The notes: generated from the sequence alone by a model not told the origin. Positions 48,832-59,133 are shown, numbered from the stretch's first letter. The stretch is DNA of 64,000 nucleotides from Blastocatellia bacterium (GCA_035634255.1 DASQDI010000089.1:45142-109141); one strand, 5' to 3'. A program made the numbers and translations.

Positions 48832-48847
48832 CCTTGATATATCAAGG
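48832..48847. promoter_or_regulatory. perfect 16-bp palindrome CCTTGATATATCAAGG (candidate operator)
   Basis: Read directly; lies in the divergent intergenic region between 46078..48804 (-) and the rhodanese gene (+). Confidence 0.4.
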
Positions 48848-48977
48848 GAAATGGCTCTTACGGGTGCCTCAACATCACGACAGATCGGAGGCCGAATGAG
48901 GAAGCATTTTATCCGCCTGGCATACGTCTCAACGCGCATGGCAAAATATTGTTCCGAATAGTCAATGGGAGGGTGTC

Positions 48978-49472
48978 ATGAAATTCAAGCAGGTAATCGC
49001 TCTTTTGCCATTAGTGCTAATGCTGGTGCTGGCCGCCGCCCCGCCTTCGCGGGCGGCCCAACAGAAGCCGGAGACGAAGCAGAAGGCGGACCGACAGGCG
49101 TCCGCGAAACACGAGGCTCCCGACGCGGCGGAAGCCGACAGAATCACCGTCGAAGAGCTCAAAGCTAAGATCGAAAAGAATGAGCCCGTCACGGTCATCG
49201 ACGTGCGCAGCGAGGGCTCGTACGAATCGTCGGACAAGAAGATCAAAGGGTCCATTCGCATGCTCACGGACGACATCGAGTCCCGCGTAAAGGAGATCCC
49301 GCGCGACACTCTGGTCGTCACCTACTGTACCTGACCGAGCGAAGCCACAAGCGCCCGTGCGGCGCAGGTACTCATCGGTAAAGGTTACAAGAACGTGCGC
49401 GCGCTCAAAGGCGGGTGGGACGCCTGGGTCAAGGCGGGAGGGCAGGTCGAGCCTAAAGACCCTTCGAAGTGA
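48978..49472 (+). CDS. secreted single-domain rhodanese read through an in-frame TGA at 49332-49334 (candidate selenoprotein, otherwise pseudogene)
   Basis: Track ORF stops after ...LVVTYCT; the same frame continues PSEATSARAAQVLIGKGYKNVRALKGGWDAWVKAGGQVEPKDPSK to TGA 49470-49472, giving the conserved rhodanese C-terminal half (GGWDAW). The catalytic Cys is at VVTYC, two residues before the TGA. Confidence 0.6.
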
Positions 49473-49517
49473 AATAATCGGGGGTCGAAAGCGCCTTCTG
49501 AGGGAGCCCGAAAACAG

Positions 49518-49889
49518 ATGAAGATAATGAACCGCGACGACTCGCGCGTGCTCGACACGCGGCACGGCTCGCAGATTCGCCCGCTCATGGATCGCACGAC
49601 TTCCGACATAACTCAGTGCAGCCTGGCCGAAGAGATCCTCCCGCCGGGCTGCTCCGTCACGCCTCATCATCACGACCGGCTCGAAGAGGTCTACTATATT
49701 CTCTCGGGCAGGGGCGTGATGTCGGTCGGCGACGAGCAGCGCGAGGTCGGGCCCGGCGACGCCATATACATCCCGCGCGGGACCCGCCACACACTCGCGA
49801 ACACCGGCACGGAGCCCGTGAAGTTGCTGCTGGTTTGCGGCCCCGCCTTCTTCTTCGAAGACGAGATACTCGAGACTTCGGGCGCGTAG
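49518..49889 (+). CDS. cupin-domain protein
   Basis: 123 aa; PHHHDRLEEVYYILSG...GDAIYIPRGTRH cupin motifs. Confidence 0.75.
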   Translation: MKIMNRDDSRVLDTRHGSQIRPLMDRTTSDITQCSLAEEILPPGCSVTPHHHDRLEEVYYILSGRGVMSVGDEQREVGPGDAIYIPRGTRHTLANTGTEPVKLLLVCGPAFFFEDEILETSGA

Positions 49890-49916
49890 ACTCGCCCGAA
49901 GGTCACCCCGCGGGAG

Positions 49917-50375
49917 CTATGACGCGCCGCGCGCGAAGTCGGGCGGGACGTAATGAATGTAGGTGTTGAGCATGCGAATCTCGTCGGCCTTCTCGTCCGC
50001 GTCCACTTCGAGCAGGTCGCGCAGTGACACCAGCCCCAGAAACTTATTCTCTTCGAGCACGGGGATGTGGCGGCATTTGGCCTGCCGCATCTTGCTTATC
50101 CCCTCCTCGCAACTGTCTTCCGGGCCCGCTATCGTCAGCTCGGTAGTCATCACGTCGCGCACGAGCACGTTATTCGGGTCGCGCCCTTCCGCGACCACGC
50201 GCTTCATCAGGTCGCGCTCGGAGAAGAGGCCGACGACCCTCTCGCCATCCACCACCGTGACCGCGCCTATGTTCCGCTCCGTCATGTAAAGCGCGGCCTG
50301 CTGAACCGTCCTGTCCGCGGAGACGGTGTACAGGTCCCTGTTCGATCCTTTTACTATTGAGCCGAGATTTTTCAT
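49917..50375 (-). CDS. CBS-domain pair protein
   Basis: Start MKNLGSIVKG in ORF 49917..50426; two CBS motifs. Confidence 0.8.
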   Translation of the reverse strand: MKNLGSIVKGSNRDLYTVSADRTVQQAALYMTERNIGAVTVVDGERVVGLFSERDLMKRVVAEGRDPNNVLVRDVMTTELTIAGPEDSCEEGISKMRQAKCRHIPVLEENKFLGLVSLRDLLEVDADEKADEIRMLNTYIHYVPPDFARGAS

Positions 50376-50648
50376 GATTACCGCACCCCCTTCATGTCCG
50401 AAGCAGTGAGGAGTTGAAGCCAGCAAACAGCGAGCGCCAGGCCGGAGGGTTGATTATTATTTTCGCGGAAGCCGCCCTCGACGGTTGCCGCCCTGACGCG
50501 CTCTATGTAGCCGATGATCAGATGCGCCCTAGCGAACCGGTTACAAAAGTATAAGTGCGATTGGCCTGAGTCTACATTCCGGCCTCGCGCGTTGTCAAGA
50601 ATCGCCCCCGGAGCCATCCTCCGCGGCCCCGTGTGCTAAAATCCTCGC

Positions 50649-51410
50649 GTGAACAGGGAGGACATAAAGAAGCTGATCGAGGAAGTGCGCGCGGGCCGCA
50701 TGGGCGCGGACCAGGCCGCGGATAAATTGTCGCACCTCCCTTACGAGGACATCTCCTTCGCGCGCGTGGACCACCACCGCGAAATGCGCGTCGGGTTCCC
50801 GGAAGTGATCCTCGGCGAGGGCAAGACCGTCGAGCAGATATTCAAAATATCCGAGCGCATCCTGCTCAACAGCTCGAACCTTCTCATCTCGCGCACGTCA
50901 AAGGAGGTGTTCGAAGCGGTCTCGAAGATCGCCCCCGACGCCGAATTCAGCAGGGACGCGCGCATGGTCTCGGTCATCCGCGACCGCGCGGAGCGAGGGG
51001 AGGGGACGATAGCCGTCATCTCCGCGGGCACGTCGGACATACCCGTGGCGGAGGAGGCGGCCATCACCGCGACCGCCATGGGCAACCGCGTCGCGCGCGT
51101 CTACGACGTGGGGGTCGCCGGCATTCACAGGCTGTTCGGCGCGCGGGCGGAGTTCGAATCGGCGCGGGTGATCATAGTCGTGGCGGGGATGGAAGGCGCG
51201 CTCCCGTCGGTCGTGGGCGGCCTCGTGCCCGTGCCCGTCATCGCCGTGCCGACGAGCATAGGCTACGGGGCGTCTTTCGGCGGGCTGGCGGCCCTGCTCG
51301 GCATGCTGAATTCGTGCGCTTCAAACGTGACCGTGGTCAACATCGACAACGGCTTCGGCGCGGGCTTCGTGGCAAGCCTCATTAATCGGAAGCGGCCCGG
51401 AGGCGGGTAA
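50649..51410 (+). CDS. larB: LarB-like (PurE-related, COG1691) nickel-pincer cofactor biosynthesis carboxylase/hydrolase
   Basis: 253 aa, GTG start; PurE-like core [17 protein letters not shown]...[18 protein letters not shown]...[13 protein letters not shown]. Confidence 0.7.
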   Translation: MNREDIKKLIEEVRAGRMGADQAADKLSHLPYEDISFARVDHHREMRVGFPEVILGEGKTVEQIFKISERILLNSSNLLISRTSKEVFEAVSKIAPDAEFSRDARMVSVIRDRAERGEGTIAVISAGTSDIPVAEEAAITATAMGNRVARVYDVGVAGIHRLFGARAEFESARVIIVVAGMEGALPSVVGGLVPVPVIAVPTSIGYGASFGGLAALLGMLNSCASNVTVVNIDNGFGAGFVASLINRKRPGGG

Positions 51411-51640
51411 ATCCCGACCCGCCGGCCGGGGTTTAATTCTCGTCCTAACTTTCAGCGAAAGAGCACACAAACAACTACCCGATATGAGCAGGCATTAAGC
51501 CGAGTATGGCCATTCGAAGAGTCGGGGCCCGCTTAGCAGAGAAGCGGTGAATCAAAGCAAAGCCCGATGCTCCCTTCGATCCGACCCTGCCGACAGTCGG
51601 TACTAAATCAGCAGGCGGGTTGCGGCGAGGGCGGAGGCTC

Positions 51641-52096
51641 TTACTTTGACAGCCGGGCCTTTACGAGGTCGCTCAGGGCCTTGCCGTCCACGGTCTTTCC
51701 TTCGAGCTTGGGGCGCACGGCCTTCATCACGGAGCCCATGTCTTTGGGGGACGACGCGCCCGTTTCTTTCACGGCTTCTTCGACGGCGCGCGCCATGTCC
51801 TCTTCGCTCGCCGAGGCGGGCAGGTAGCTCTGGATGATGCGGGCTTCGTTCTCTTCCTTATCCGCGAGGTCGGCCCGCCCGCCCGCGCGGTAGGCTTCGG
51901 CCGCGTCGCGCCTCTGCTTCAGCAGGGTCGAGAGGACGCGCATGGCTTCCGCGTCGTCCACGCCCGCGGGGAGCTCGGTCTGCCGCAGCTTGAGCGCGGT
52001 CTTCACCATCCGCAGGGCGCTCAAACGCTCCGGCTCCTTGGCCTTCATCGCTTCGGTTATGTCGCGGTCGATCTGGTCGGTAATCGGCATGTGCAC
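51641..52096 (-). CDS. GatB/YqeY-domain protein
   Basis: 151 aa; ITEAMKAKEPERLSALRMVKTALK and GKALSDLVKARL typical of YqeY. Confidence 0.8.
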   Translation of the reverse strand: MHMPITDQIDRDITEAMKAKEPERLSALRMVKTALKLRQTELPAGVDDAEAMRVLSTLLKQRRDAAEAYRAGGRADLADKEENEARIIQSYLPASASEEDMARAVEEAVKETGASSPKDMGSVMKAVRPKLEGKTVDGKALSDLVKARLSK

Positions 52097-52121
52097 ACCT
52101 CGGTTTTAACAATGAATTGCC

Positions 52122-54419
52122 TCACCTGCGCTTGTCCCCGTTGCCCTTCCCGCGCTCCCTGTCGCTCTCTTCGTGCTCTATCTTATAAAAGTCGAGCATC
52201 ACGTCCGACTGCCCGCGCAGGTCGCGCTCAAGCCTGTTCAGGGCCACGCGCACTACGTCGCGGTGGTGCACGCGGCGGCGGCTCGGGACGTTGCTCACCT
52301 GAATCCATATCTTGTGAATCAGGCTTATGTCTTCCTCCGTGAGGTTCGGCGCGTGGGCCCCCAGGTACACGACCTGCTCCTCCCTGTTCGGGGCGATTAC
52401 TCTGAAGGCGACCTGCCGGCGCGGCTTCTCGCGCACGGCTTCCCACGCTCGGCCCAGCTCGCGCGCCTGCTCCTGCGCCGTCATCTTCGAAGATAGGCCC
52501 GCGACGATCTCGTTGGAGTCGAGCCGTATGGCGGTCTGCGCGACGGCGTCGAATATGTTGGTGGCCGGCACGACGACCAGGTCTACCGGCTTGCCGTGCT
52601 TTTCCGCCAGGGAGACGACCCGCGTGAACAGCCTCTGCTCGTACTCCGTGAATATGTTTTCGTCGTACATCTCGCGCTCGCCGCTGTCGGGCCCCGCGAC
52701 CAGCCGCGTGGTCAGGACCACGATGTCCTGCTCCTCGGTGTTGGTCCGCTCAAGCGCGTATTCGAGGTGCGAGAGCGTGTTGTAATCGCGCACGGCAACC
52801 AGCACGTTGCCCGGCCTCGCGCCGACCGCGTCCTGGTCCACCGTCTCGTTCTGCTGCAACTGGAAGCGGTCGAGCTTGGCGACCGTCATGTCGAGCTTCC
52901 GCCGGTTGATCCGCTCGGAGATCGTGAATAAAATCAGGAAGACCGTCGTGAAAGAGATGCCCGAGATCGTGGCGATTGGCTTGGTCAGCAGGTTGGTCAA
53001 CGCGACCGAGACCAGGACCATAGCCACCAGCATCACGCCCAGCGGGACCTCGACCCCCCTGACTCGGATGTTAAGAGGCACCTTCCACTCGCGGGCCCCC
53101 GGCCGCTTGAACCTCAGGACCAGCGTCGCTATGGCGTTGAACGTGAAGCTCCAGATGACCCCGAATGCGTACGCTTCGCCGAGGATGAATATGTCCCCGC
53201 CGGAGCCGATGATCGTGACGAACTGGAGGGTGACGATCATGTTGATGAGGCGGTAGGTGGTGCCGTACTTCTTATGCGGGGCGCGGAACCAGTCGGTCAG
53301 CACCCCATCTTCCGACACGCGATTGAGCACGCCGTTCGACCCGATGATCGCCGTGTTGACCGCGCCCGAAAGCATCAGAAAGCCGACTATGACGACGAAC
53401 CCCTGGAACAGGAGCTTCAGGTAGTCGGGCCCCACGAAGCTCATCGCCAGGCCGGAGATCAGGTTGTCCAGGTATCTGCCCCGCGTCTCGTCGGGGATGA
53501 TCGCGACCGCGAAAATGGACACGAGGGACGTGAACAGGAGCGAGAACACGAATATGACTATGGCCGCGCGCTTGAGGTTCTTCAGCTTCGGGTACTCAAG
53601 CTCCCTGTTGACCTGCGCGAGCGTCTCTTCGCCGCTCATCGCGAGCATGGAGTGGCCGAACGCTATGAGCAGGCCGATGACGCCTATGATGCTCGGGGCG
53701 GTGGGGTCGATTATGGCATGGCCGTCGGAATGGGCGAACCAGTGCCAGGATTTGAGCCAGCCCAGCGAATTGTCCGAAAAGACCAGGTTGCCCGGCGCGG
53801 GCGCGGGAGGCATCTGCCCCCCGCGCTCGATCAGCGTCAGGGCCCCCCATAAGATCAGGATCACGACCATCGCGGTCGTGACGTACATTATGCGCAGGGC
53901 GTCCCTGCTCGACTCGTGTATGCCCTTGATGTTCCGCCGCCAGAAGTAGAGCGTGATGCCGCAGGCCAGAACCATCGCCGTCAGGTGCGTCGGCAGCAGG
54001 TAACCGACGAACCCGGAGCGGGTCATGATCTCGTTGACCAGCCCGGCGATGTAGATGCCCGCCGTGACCGACGAGATGGGGCCGGTCAGCATGTAGTCGA
54101 AGACCAGGGTCGAGACGCTGAGCTTGGCCATCCTCCCGCCCAGGGCCTCTTTCACCACGCGGTAGACGCCGCCGCGCGTGAACATAGTCGACGACTCGAT
54201 GTAGAGCATGCGGACGGCGGCGCTGAACAGCATCACCCCGAGGATGAACCACGGGGCCGACTTGCCCACGGCCTTCTCGGCTATCCCGCCGACGTAGAAG
54301 GCGGAAGAGCCCAGGTCGTTCAGAACGATGGCCGCGGCCCTCCAGAAAGAAATGAACGAGAGCATCACCGACGTGGCGACGACTACCCGGACTCGTGTTG
54401 GTGGTTTCGGAGTATCCAT
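52122..54419 (-). CDS. APC-family amino-acid/polyamine permease with C-terminal universal-stress-protein (UspA-like) domain
   Basis: 765 aa; about 12 TM helices; C-terminal ~250 aa alpha/beta Usp-like fold. Confidence 0.85.
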   Translation of the reverse strand: MDTPKPPTRVRVVVATSVMLSFISFWRAAAIVLNDLGSSAFYVGGIAEKAVGKSAPWFILGVMLFSAAVRMLYIESSTMFTRGGVYRVVKEALGGRMAKLSVSTLVFDYMLTGPISSVTAGIYIAGLVNEIMTRSGFVGYLLPTHLTAMVLACGITLYFWRRNIKGIHESSRDALRIMYVTTAMVVILILWGALTLIERGGQMPPAPAPGNLVFSDNSLGWLKSWHWFAHSDGHAIIDPTAPSIIGVIGLLIAFGHSMLAMSGEETLAQVNRELEYPKLKNLKRAAIVIFVFSLLFTSLVSIFAVAIIPDETRGRYLDNLISGLAMSFVGPDYLKLLFQGFVVIVGFLMLSGAVNTAIIGSNGVLNRVSEDGVLTDWFRAPHKKYGTTYRLINMIVTLQFVTIIGSGGDIFILGEAYAFGVIWSFTFNAIATLVLRFKRPGAREWKVPLNIRVRGVEVPLGVMLVAMVLVSVALTNLLTKPIATISGISFTTVFLILFTISERINRRKLDMTVAKLDRFQLQQNETVDQDAVGARPGNVLVAVRDYNTLSHLEYALERTNTEEQDIVVLTTRLVAGPDSGEREMYDENIFTEYEQRLFTRVVSLAEKHGKPVDLVVVPATNIFDAVAQTAIRLDSNEIVAGLSSKMTAQEQARELGRAWEAVREKPRRQVAFRVIAPNREEQVVYLGAHAPNLTEEDISLIHKIWIQVSNVPSRRRVHHRDVVRVALNRLERDLRGQSDVMLDFYKIEHEESDRERGKGNGDKRR

Positions 54420-54675
54420 CTGATTTGGTTAGTGTCCTCGAAGGTCTTCGAGCTGTGATGGTACGGGTGAGAGAACCATAAGAAATCCGATCTTCACGCC
54501 TCTAACTGGATAGCATACGCGCGCCTTTGAAGATGTCAAGCTCCCGGCCCGGTCGCGACGTGGCGGACAAGGATACACAATGTCAAAACCTAACACAACA
54601 GGAAATGATCGACCCGTTCTTATCGTGAGAGGTTGATAAACTGACCTTTAAGGTGATCTGCTGTATACTCACTCG

Positions 54676-55551
54676 ATGCTGGTCGAAAAGATTACAAGCA
54701 GGCAGAATCCGCTGATCAAACGTTTCCGCCGCGTGCGCTCGGGCAGCGAGCACCACCACGTCTTCCTCGAAGGCGTGCGCCTGATCGAAGACGCCATCGA
54801 AGCGGGCGCGCGCTTTGAGACGGTGGCCTTCACGTCCTCGCTCGAATCGTCGGACAGGGGGCTGGCCCTGCTCGACGCCCTTCAGTCGATCCCCTGCCGG
54901 GGCGCGCACGTCAGCAAGCAGGTGATGGACGCAATCGCGGAGACGGAGAGCCCGCAGGGCATAGCCGCCATAATCAGCCGCCCGCACTACGACCTGTCCG
55001 ACGTGATAACGGAGGACTCGTCTCTCATAATCATCGTGGACCAGCTTCAGGACCCCGGCAACATCGGCACCCTCATCCGCACCGCCGAAGCCGGGGGGGC
55101 CACGGGGCTCGTCACGACGCGCTACACGGTAGACCCGTTCAATCACAAGTCCCTGCGCGCGTCCATGGGCGCGGCCTTCAGGCTGCCCATAGCCACCGAC
55201 GCCGCGCCCGACTCGATAGCCGAGAGGTGCAAAGAGATGGGCATAACCGTCGTCGCCTCCCGCCCGCCCGCCCCGAAAGGGAAGCCCGTGATCGAGGACG
55301 CGGCCCTCGCGGACCCCGTGAGGGTTTACTCGGAAGTCGATTTCACAAAGCCCCTCGCCATCACCCTGGGCAGCGAGGCGGCGGGCGTCTCCAAGGAGAT
55401 CGCTTCCGTGGCCGAGGTCTTCATAAACATCCCGATGGCGGACGGGGTCGAGTCGCTCAACGTCGCGGCGGCCGGGGCCATCCTGATCTACGAGACGGCG
55501 CGTCAGCGCGGCTTCCACTTCACCAACTCGAAACCTAAAGAGCAGCTTTGA
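54676..55551 (+). CDS. TrmH/SpoU-family RNA 2'-O-methyltransferase
   Basis: 291 aa; SpoU motifs LDQLQDPGNIGTLIRTAEAGG, ITLGSEAAGVS, ESLNVAAAGAILIYE. Confidence 0.85.
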   Translation: MLVEKITSRQNPLIKRFRRVRSGSEHHHVFLEGVRLIEDAIEAGARFETVAFTSSLESSDRGLALLDALQSIPCRGAHVSKQVMDAIAETESPQGIAAIISRPHYDLSDVITEDSSLIIIVDQLQDPGNIGTLIRTAEAGGATGLVTTRYTVDPFNHKSLRASMGAAFRLPIATDAAPDSIAERCKEMGITVVASRPPAPKGKPVIEDAALADPVRVYSEVDFTKPLAITLGSEAAGVSKEIASVAEVFINIPMADGVESLNVAAAGAILIYETARQRGFHFTNSKPKEQL

Positions 55552-55642
55552 CTCGCCCCGCGCACGCCGGCCACTGTATAATTTCCCGTGCGCGACACGG
55601 CCCCGAATCGGCGAGCGAAGTTTAAGGAAGTAAGTTGAAGCT

Positions 55643-56629
55643 GTGCTCAATACGTTAAACAGGTACATAGAAGGTCGGCCTGACGGCGATCTCGCGCTCG
55701 CGGGCGCGGGCCTCCGGCGCGACGGCCGGTTCTACCGAATACTGGGGTTTTCGGTCCTCGGTCACCTCGCTTTTTACGTCCTCCTCGTCAACGTCGACAT
55801 CCTCTCGATACACCGCGATGTCGAGCCCGAGGCCCGAAAGGTGGAACTCGTCAGGCTCACGGAAATCGCCCCCCCGCGCAACGTCTCGCCCCTGCGTTCC
55901 GCGCCGGAGACGTTGGAGCGCGCCGACCTGGACCGGATGGAGTTAAACCCTGACAACCCCGACGACCTGCACCTGATCCCGCGCTCGCCGCGACCCGCCG
56001 AGGCGCGGGGCGCGAGCCCGGAGCTCCCGTCGTCGGCTGAGGTAGAGAGACAGCTTAAAGCCGCGCGCGAGTCCGCGGGCCGCACCCAGAGCGAGCCTTC
56101 GCGCACGCAGTCGCAGCCGCCCGTAACCGCTCAGGTGCTTCCGGGCCGCGTCCCTTCGTCGAACGTGCCCGAGGCCATCCCGAACCCTTCGGGGCAGAGC
56201 GCGCCCGCGCCTCCCGCGCCCGCGCAAAATCAGGGCCCGGTCATCTCGCGGACCCCGTCGAATGACGCGGCGAATGCGGGCGCGCGCCGGGGCGAAGGGA
56301 CCGAGCCGCGAGCCCTCGGGCTGCAATCTATCCAGACCCAGTATTACGCCTACATCCGCGCCAAGATCAGCAAGGTGAACGAAAGAAGCATGCCGAAGGG
56401 CTGGATCGAGGAGACCCTGACCAAAAAAGTCTCGGTCGATTTCGAGCTCGTGCTGAGGCGCGGGGGGAAGATAGTTTCGGTCAATCAGCTCACCCGCAGC
56501 GGCTACTCCAACCTTGACGCCACGGCCAGACAAGCGATATACATGGCTAGCCCTTTCGAGGGTTGGCCCTCAAGCGCAGGCGAAACGATCACCATGACGG
56601 TGACCGTCTATTACACACCGACGCGGTAA
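55643..56629 (+). CDS. TonB-like energy transducer (TM anchor, Pro-rich linker, TonB C-terminal domain)
   Basis: 328 aa; N-terminal TM; Pro/Ser-rich middle; C-terminal TonB_C-like. Confidence 0.7.
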   Translation: MLNTLNRYIEGRPDGDLALAGAGLRRDGRFYRILGFSVLGHLAFYVLLVNVDILSIHRDVEPEARKVELVRLTEIAPPRNVSPLRSAPETLERADLDRMELNPDNPDDLHLIPRSPRPAEARGASPELPSSAEVERQLKAARESAGRTQSEPSRTQSQPPVTAQVLPGRVPSSNVPEAIPNPSGQSAPAPPAPAQNQGPVISRTPSNDAANAGARRGEGTEPRALGLQSIQTQYYAYIRAKISKVNERSMPKGWIEETLTKKVSVDFELVLRRGGKIVSVNQLTRSGYSNLDATARQAIYMASPFEGWPSSAGETITMTVTVYYTPTR

Positions 56630-56635
56630 TCTCTT

Positions 56636-59071
56636 ATGAAAAGACTGATGGCACCGGCGCGCTCCGTAGTTGCGCTCGCGGTGGCCGCTGTGTTGTCGAG
56701 TTGTCTCCAGTTTTTCGCGCTCGGCGGCTCGACGCCCGTCCGGGCCGCGGCTTTACCCCGCGCGGCGGGCTCGCACGACCACGAGAACGAGGAACCGCGG
56801 CAGGCCGGATTCACGCGGCCCCGCAGAGTTGACGAGGCGAGGCAAGGCTACTCCGAAGCCGGGCCCGTCATCCGCATCGGGCTCGCGACGGACGTGACCG
56901 CCATCTCGCTCAGCTCGCCTTCCGGCCTCGCCGTGCGCCTGCCGGCCATCGACATCCGCGACAGCCAGAGGATTTCGAGCGGCCGCCTGCGCGCGGAGAT
57001 TCGCCGCCTGCGCGCCGCGCCTCAGGACTCCTCGGCCCGCGAGAAATCGGGCCGGGCCGAGCCTTCTCAAATGAAGCCTTCCCGCCGCGCGCAGCCCGCG
57101 ATTTCAAAGGCGGGCAGGCAATCGCCCCGCAAGGCCGAGGCCGAAGAAGATAAGAGAGTCTCGCGCGTCGTAGCTTTCGACTCGGACAGGATGGTCGCCT
57201 CAAGCGAGACGGTCCTGATCGTCGCGCCCGGCCCCGAAGACAGGGCGCGCGACGATTACGAAGAGCGCTCTGACGACTCCGTTAAAAACAGGGCGGACAG
57301 GCCCGCGCTCGTGCGCGTGGGCGAAAAGGATTACCGGGGGGAGATACACTTGCTGCTCAACGAGCGCGGGCGCATCAACGTGGTCAACGTGCTGCCGCTC
57401 GAAGAGTACCTGCGCGGGGTCGTGCCTCTGGAACTGTCGCCGCTGGCCTACCCGCAGATCGAAGCCCTGAAGGCGCAGGCCATCGCCGCGCGCACATACG
57501 CCCTGTCGCACAGGAACCGATTTCAGCGCGAAGGCTTCGACCTCACGAGCGACGCGCGCTCGCAGGTCTACGGGGGCATGTCGGCGGAGCAGGCCATGAC
57601 CAACCGCGCAGTCGACGAGACCCGCGGGATAGTGGCCGTTTACAGGGCCGAAGACGGCCGCGAATCGCCCATCGAGGCGCTTTACACTTCTAACTGCGGC
57701 GGGAGGACCGAGAACAACGAATCGATATTCCTCACCCGCCCCGTGCCCTACCTCCGCTCGGTCGAATGCGCGCCCGACAGGGAGATGGCGGGAATGAAGC
57801 GCGAGCTTGTTTCGGCAATATCGTCGGAGCCGCTCGTGAGCCCCGACGGCCGGGCCATCGGGCGCGAAGTCGCTCTCGTCCAAGTCCTCGGGTTCAACCT
57901 GCCCCGCCAGTTGACCAATCAATACCTGCGCGGATCAATCGAGCAGGACGAAGCACAAAGCTGGATCGAATACATCGCGCGGATGGCGCGGCCCGAGAGG
58001 CCCGCCCCTCCGCGCGCGAGCATCACCAGACTCCCCGGCTTTGCCTCGTTCCTCGCGACGGCGCTTTACGGAGAAGGCCGCGCGAGACTGCTCCTCACGT
58101 CGTCGGACGTTGACTACATCCTCGCGGGCCTCGACGAGCAACAACTGCCGCCCGAGACTCGCGCGGGCGTGGCGATGCTCCTGAGGAACGGGATAATCAG
58201 GCTGCCCGCCGATGGCCGCCTGAACGCGCGCGCGCCGGTCACGCGCGCTTACGCGATTGAGACCATAGCCCGCGCGCTTTTAAACGGGCTCGACGGGTCG
58301 AAGCTGAAGGTCAGGAAGGCCATCGCGCGGCCCGCGGAGAATAACCGCCTGCTCGTAGCTTCAGTCGGGCAGGCGAAGCCGGAAGCGCGGCCTCAGAATT
58401 CTCATCTCAGCAGAATCTCTTCGGCGAAAGAATCCGAGAGGGAGGCGTCGACCGTGAGCCAGAGGTCCGCCGCGTCGAAGGATATGCTCGAAGAGTTCGA
58501 GATAGAGAAGGGCGCCTGGCTGTTCCGCAGGCTCGGGGGCGAGAGTTATAGGATGGACCGCCTTCAGATCATCGGGGGCGAGCGCATAATCTATCACGTG
58601 AATGGGGCGGGGCGCGTCGACTTTCTCGAAGCGGAGACTTCCGAAAGCGGCGCGGCGAGCGATCGCTTCAGCAGCACGAGCCGGTGGCGGGAGCGCGTCA
58701 CCCTCCCGGAGTTGAAGGGGAGGCTCGCGCGCTCTCGCGTTAGCGTCGGCGACATCGAGGACCTCGCGCCGGTCGTGTACGGCCCATCAAACAGGGTCCT
58801 TGAGCTTGAGGTCGTGGGCTCAAAGGCCCAGACGCGCCTCCGCGGGCACCAGGTCCGGAACGCGCTCGGGCTGAAGGAAAATCTCTTCGTGATCGACAAA
58901 GAGCGCGACGAGCAGGGCCGGGTGATCGCATTCGTCTTCACCGGAAAAGGCTGGGGGCACGGCGTCGGCATGTGTCAGAACGGGGCTTTCGGCCTCGCGA
59001 AAGAAGGCTATTCGTATTCGGCGATCCTGCAAAAATATTACACGGGTGTTAAGCTGCAAAAGGCTTATTAG
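56636..59071 (+). CDS. SpoIID/LytB-domain protein (amidase activator-like), secreted
   Basis: 811 aa; signal peptide; SpoIID signature YRGEIHLL...LEEYLRGVVPLE...AQAIAARTYAL...YTSNCGGRTE. Confidence 0.8.
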   Translation: MKRLMAPARSVVALAVAAVLSSCLQFFALGGSTPVRAAALPRAAGSHDHENEEPRQAGFTRPRRVDEARQGYSEAGPVIRIGLATDVTAISLSSPSGLAVRLPAIDIRDSQRISSGRLRAEIRRLRAAPQDSSAREKSGRAEPSQMKPSRRAQPAISKAGRQSPRKAEAEEDKRVSRVVAFDSDRMVASSETVLIVAPGPEDRARDDYEERSDDSVKNRADRPALVRVGEKDYRGEIHLLLNERGRINVVNVLPLEEYLRGVVPLELSPLAYPQIEALKAQAIAARTYALSHRNRFQREGFDLTSDARSQVYGGMSAEQAMTNRAVDETRGIVAVYRAEDGRESPIEALYTSNCGGRTENNESIFLTRPVPYLRSVECAPDREMAGMKRELVSAISSEPLVSPDGRAIGREVALVQVLGFNLPRQLTNQYLRGSIEQDEAQSWIEYIARMARPERPAPPRASITRLPGFASFLATALYGEGRARLLLTSSDVDYILAGLDEQQLPPETRAGVAMLLRNGIIRLPADGRLNARAPVTRAYAIETIARALLNGLDGSKLKVRKAIARPAENNRLLVASVGQAKPEARPQNSHLSRISSAKESEREASTVSQRSAASKDMLEEFEIEKGAWLFRRLGGESYRMDRLQIIGGERIIYHVNGAGRVDFLEAETSESGAASDRFSSTSRWRERVTLPELKGRLARSRVSVGDIEDLAPVVYGPSNRVLELEVVGSKAQTRLRGHQVRNALGLKENLFVIDKERDEQGRVIAFVFTGKGWGHGVGMCQNGAFGLAKEGYSYSAILQKYYTGVKLQKAY

Positions 59072-59133
59072 GGCGCTCGGAGCGCTCCGCCCAAACCCTC
59101 TTTGCGCACTCGAAATGGCCTCGGGCGTAATGC

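Noticed and set aside
51411-51640. 230-nt non-coding gap checked for tRNA/tmRNA/6S RNA
   Set aside because: No cloverleaf, no tmRNA tag-reading-frame or 3' tRNA-like end recognised; it lies between convergent genes, so most likely terminators/3' UTRs.
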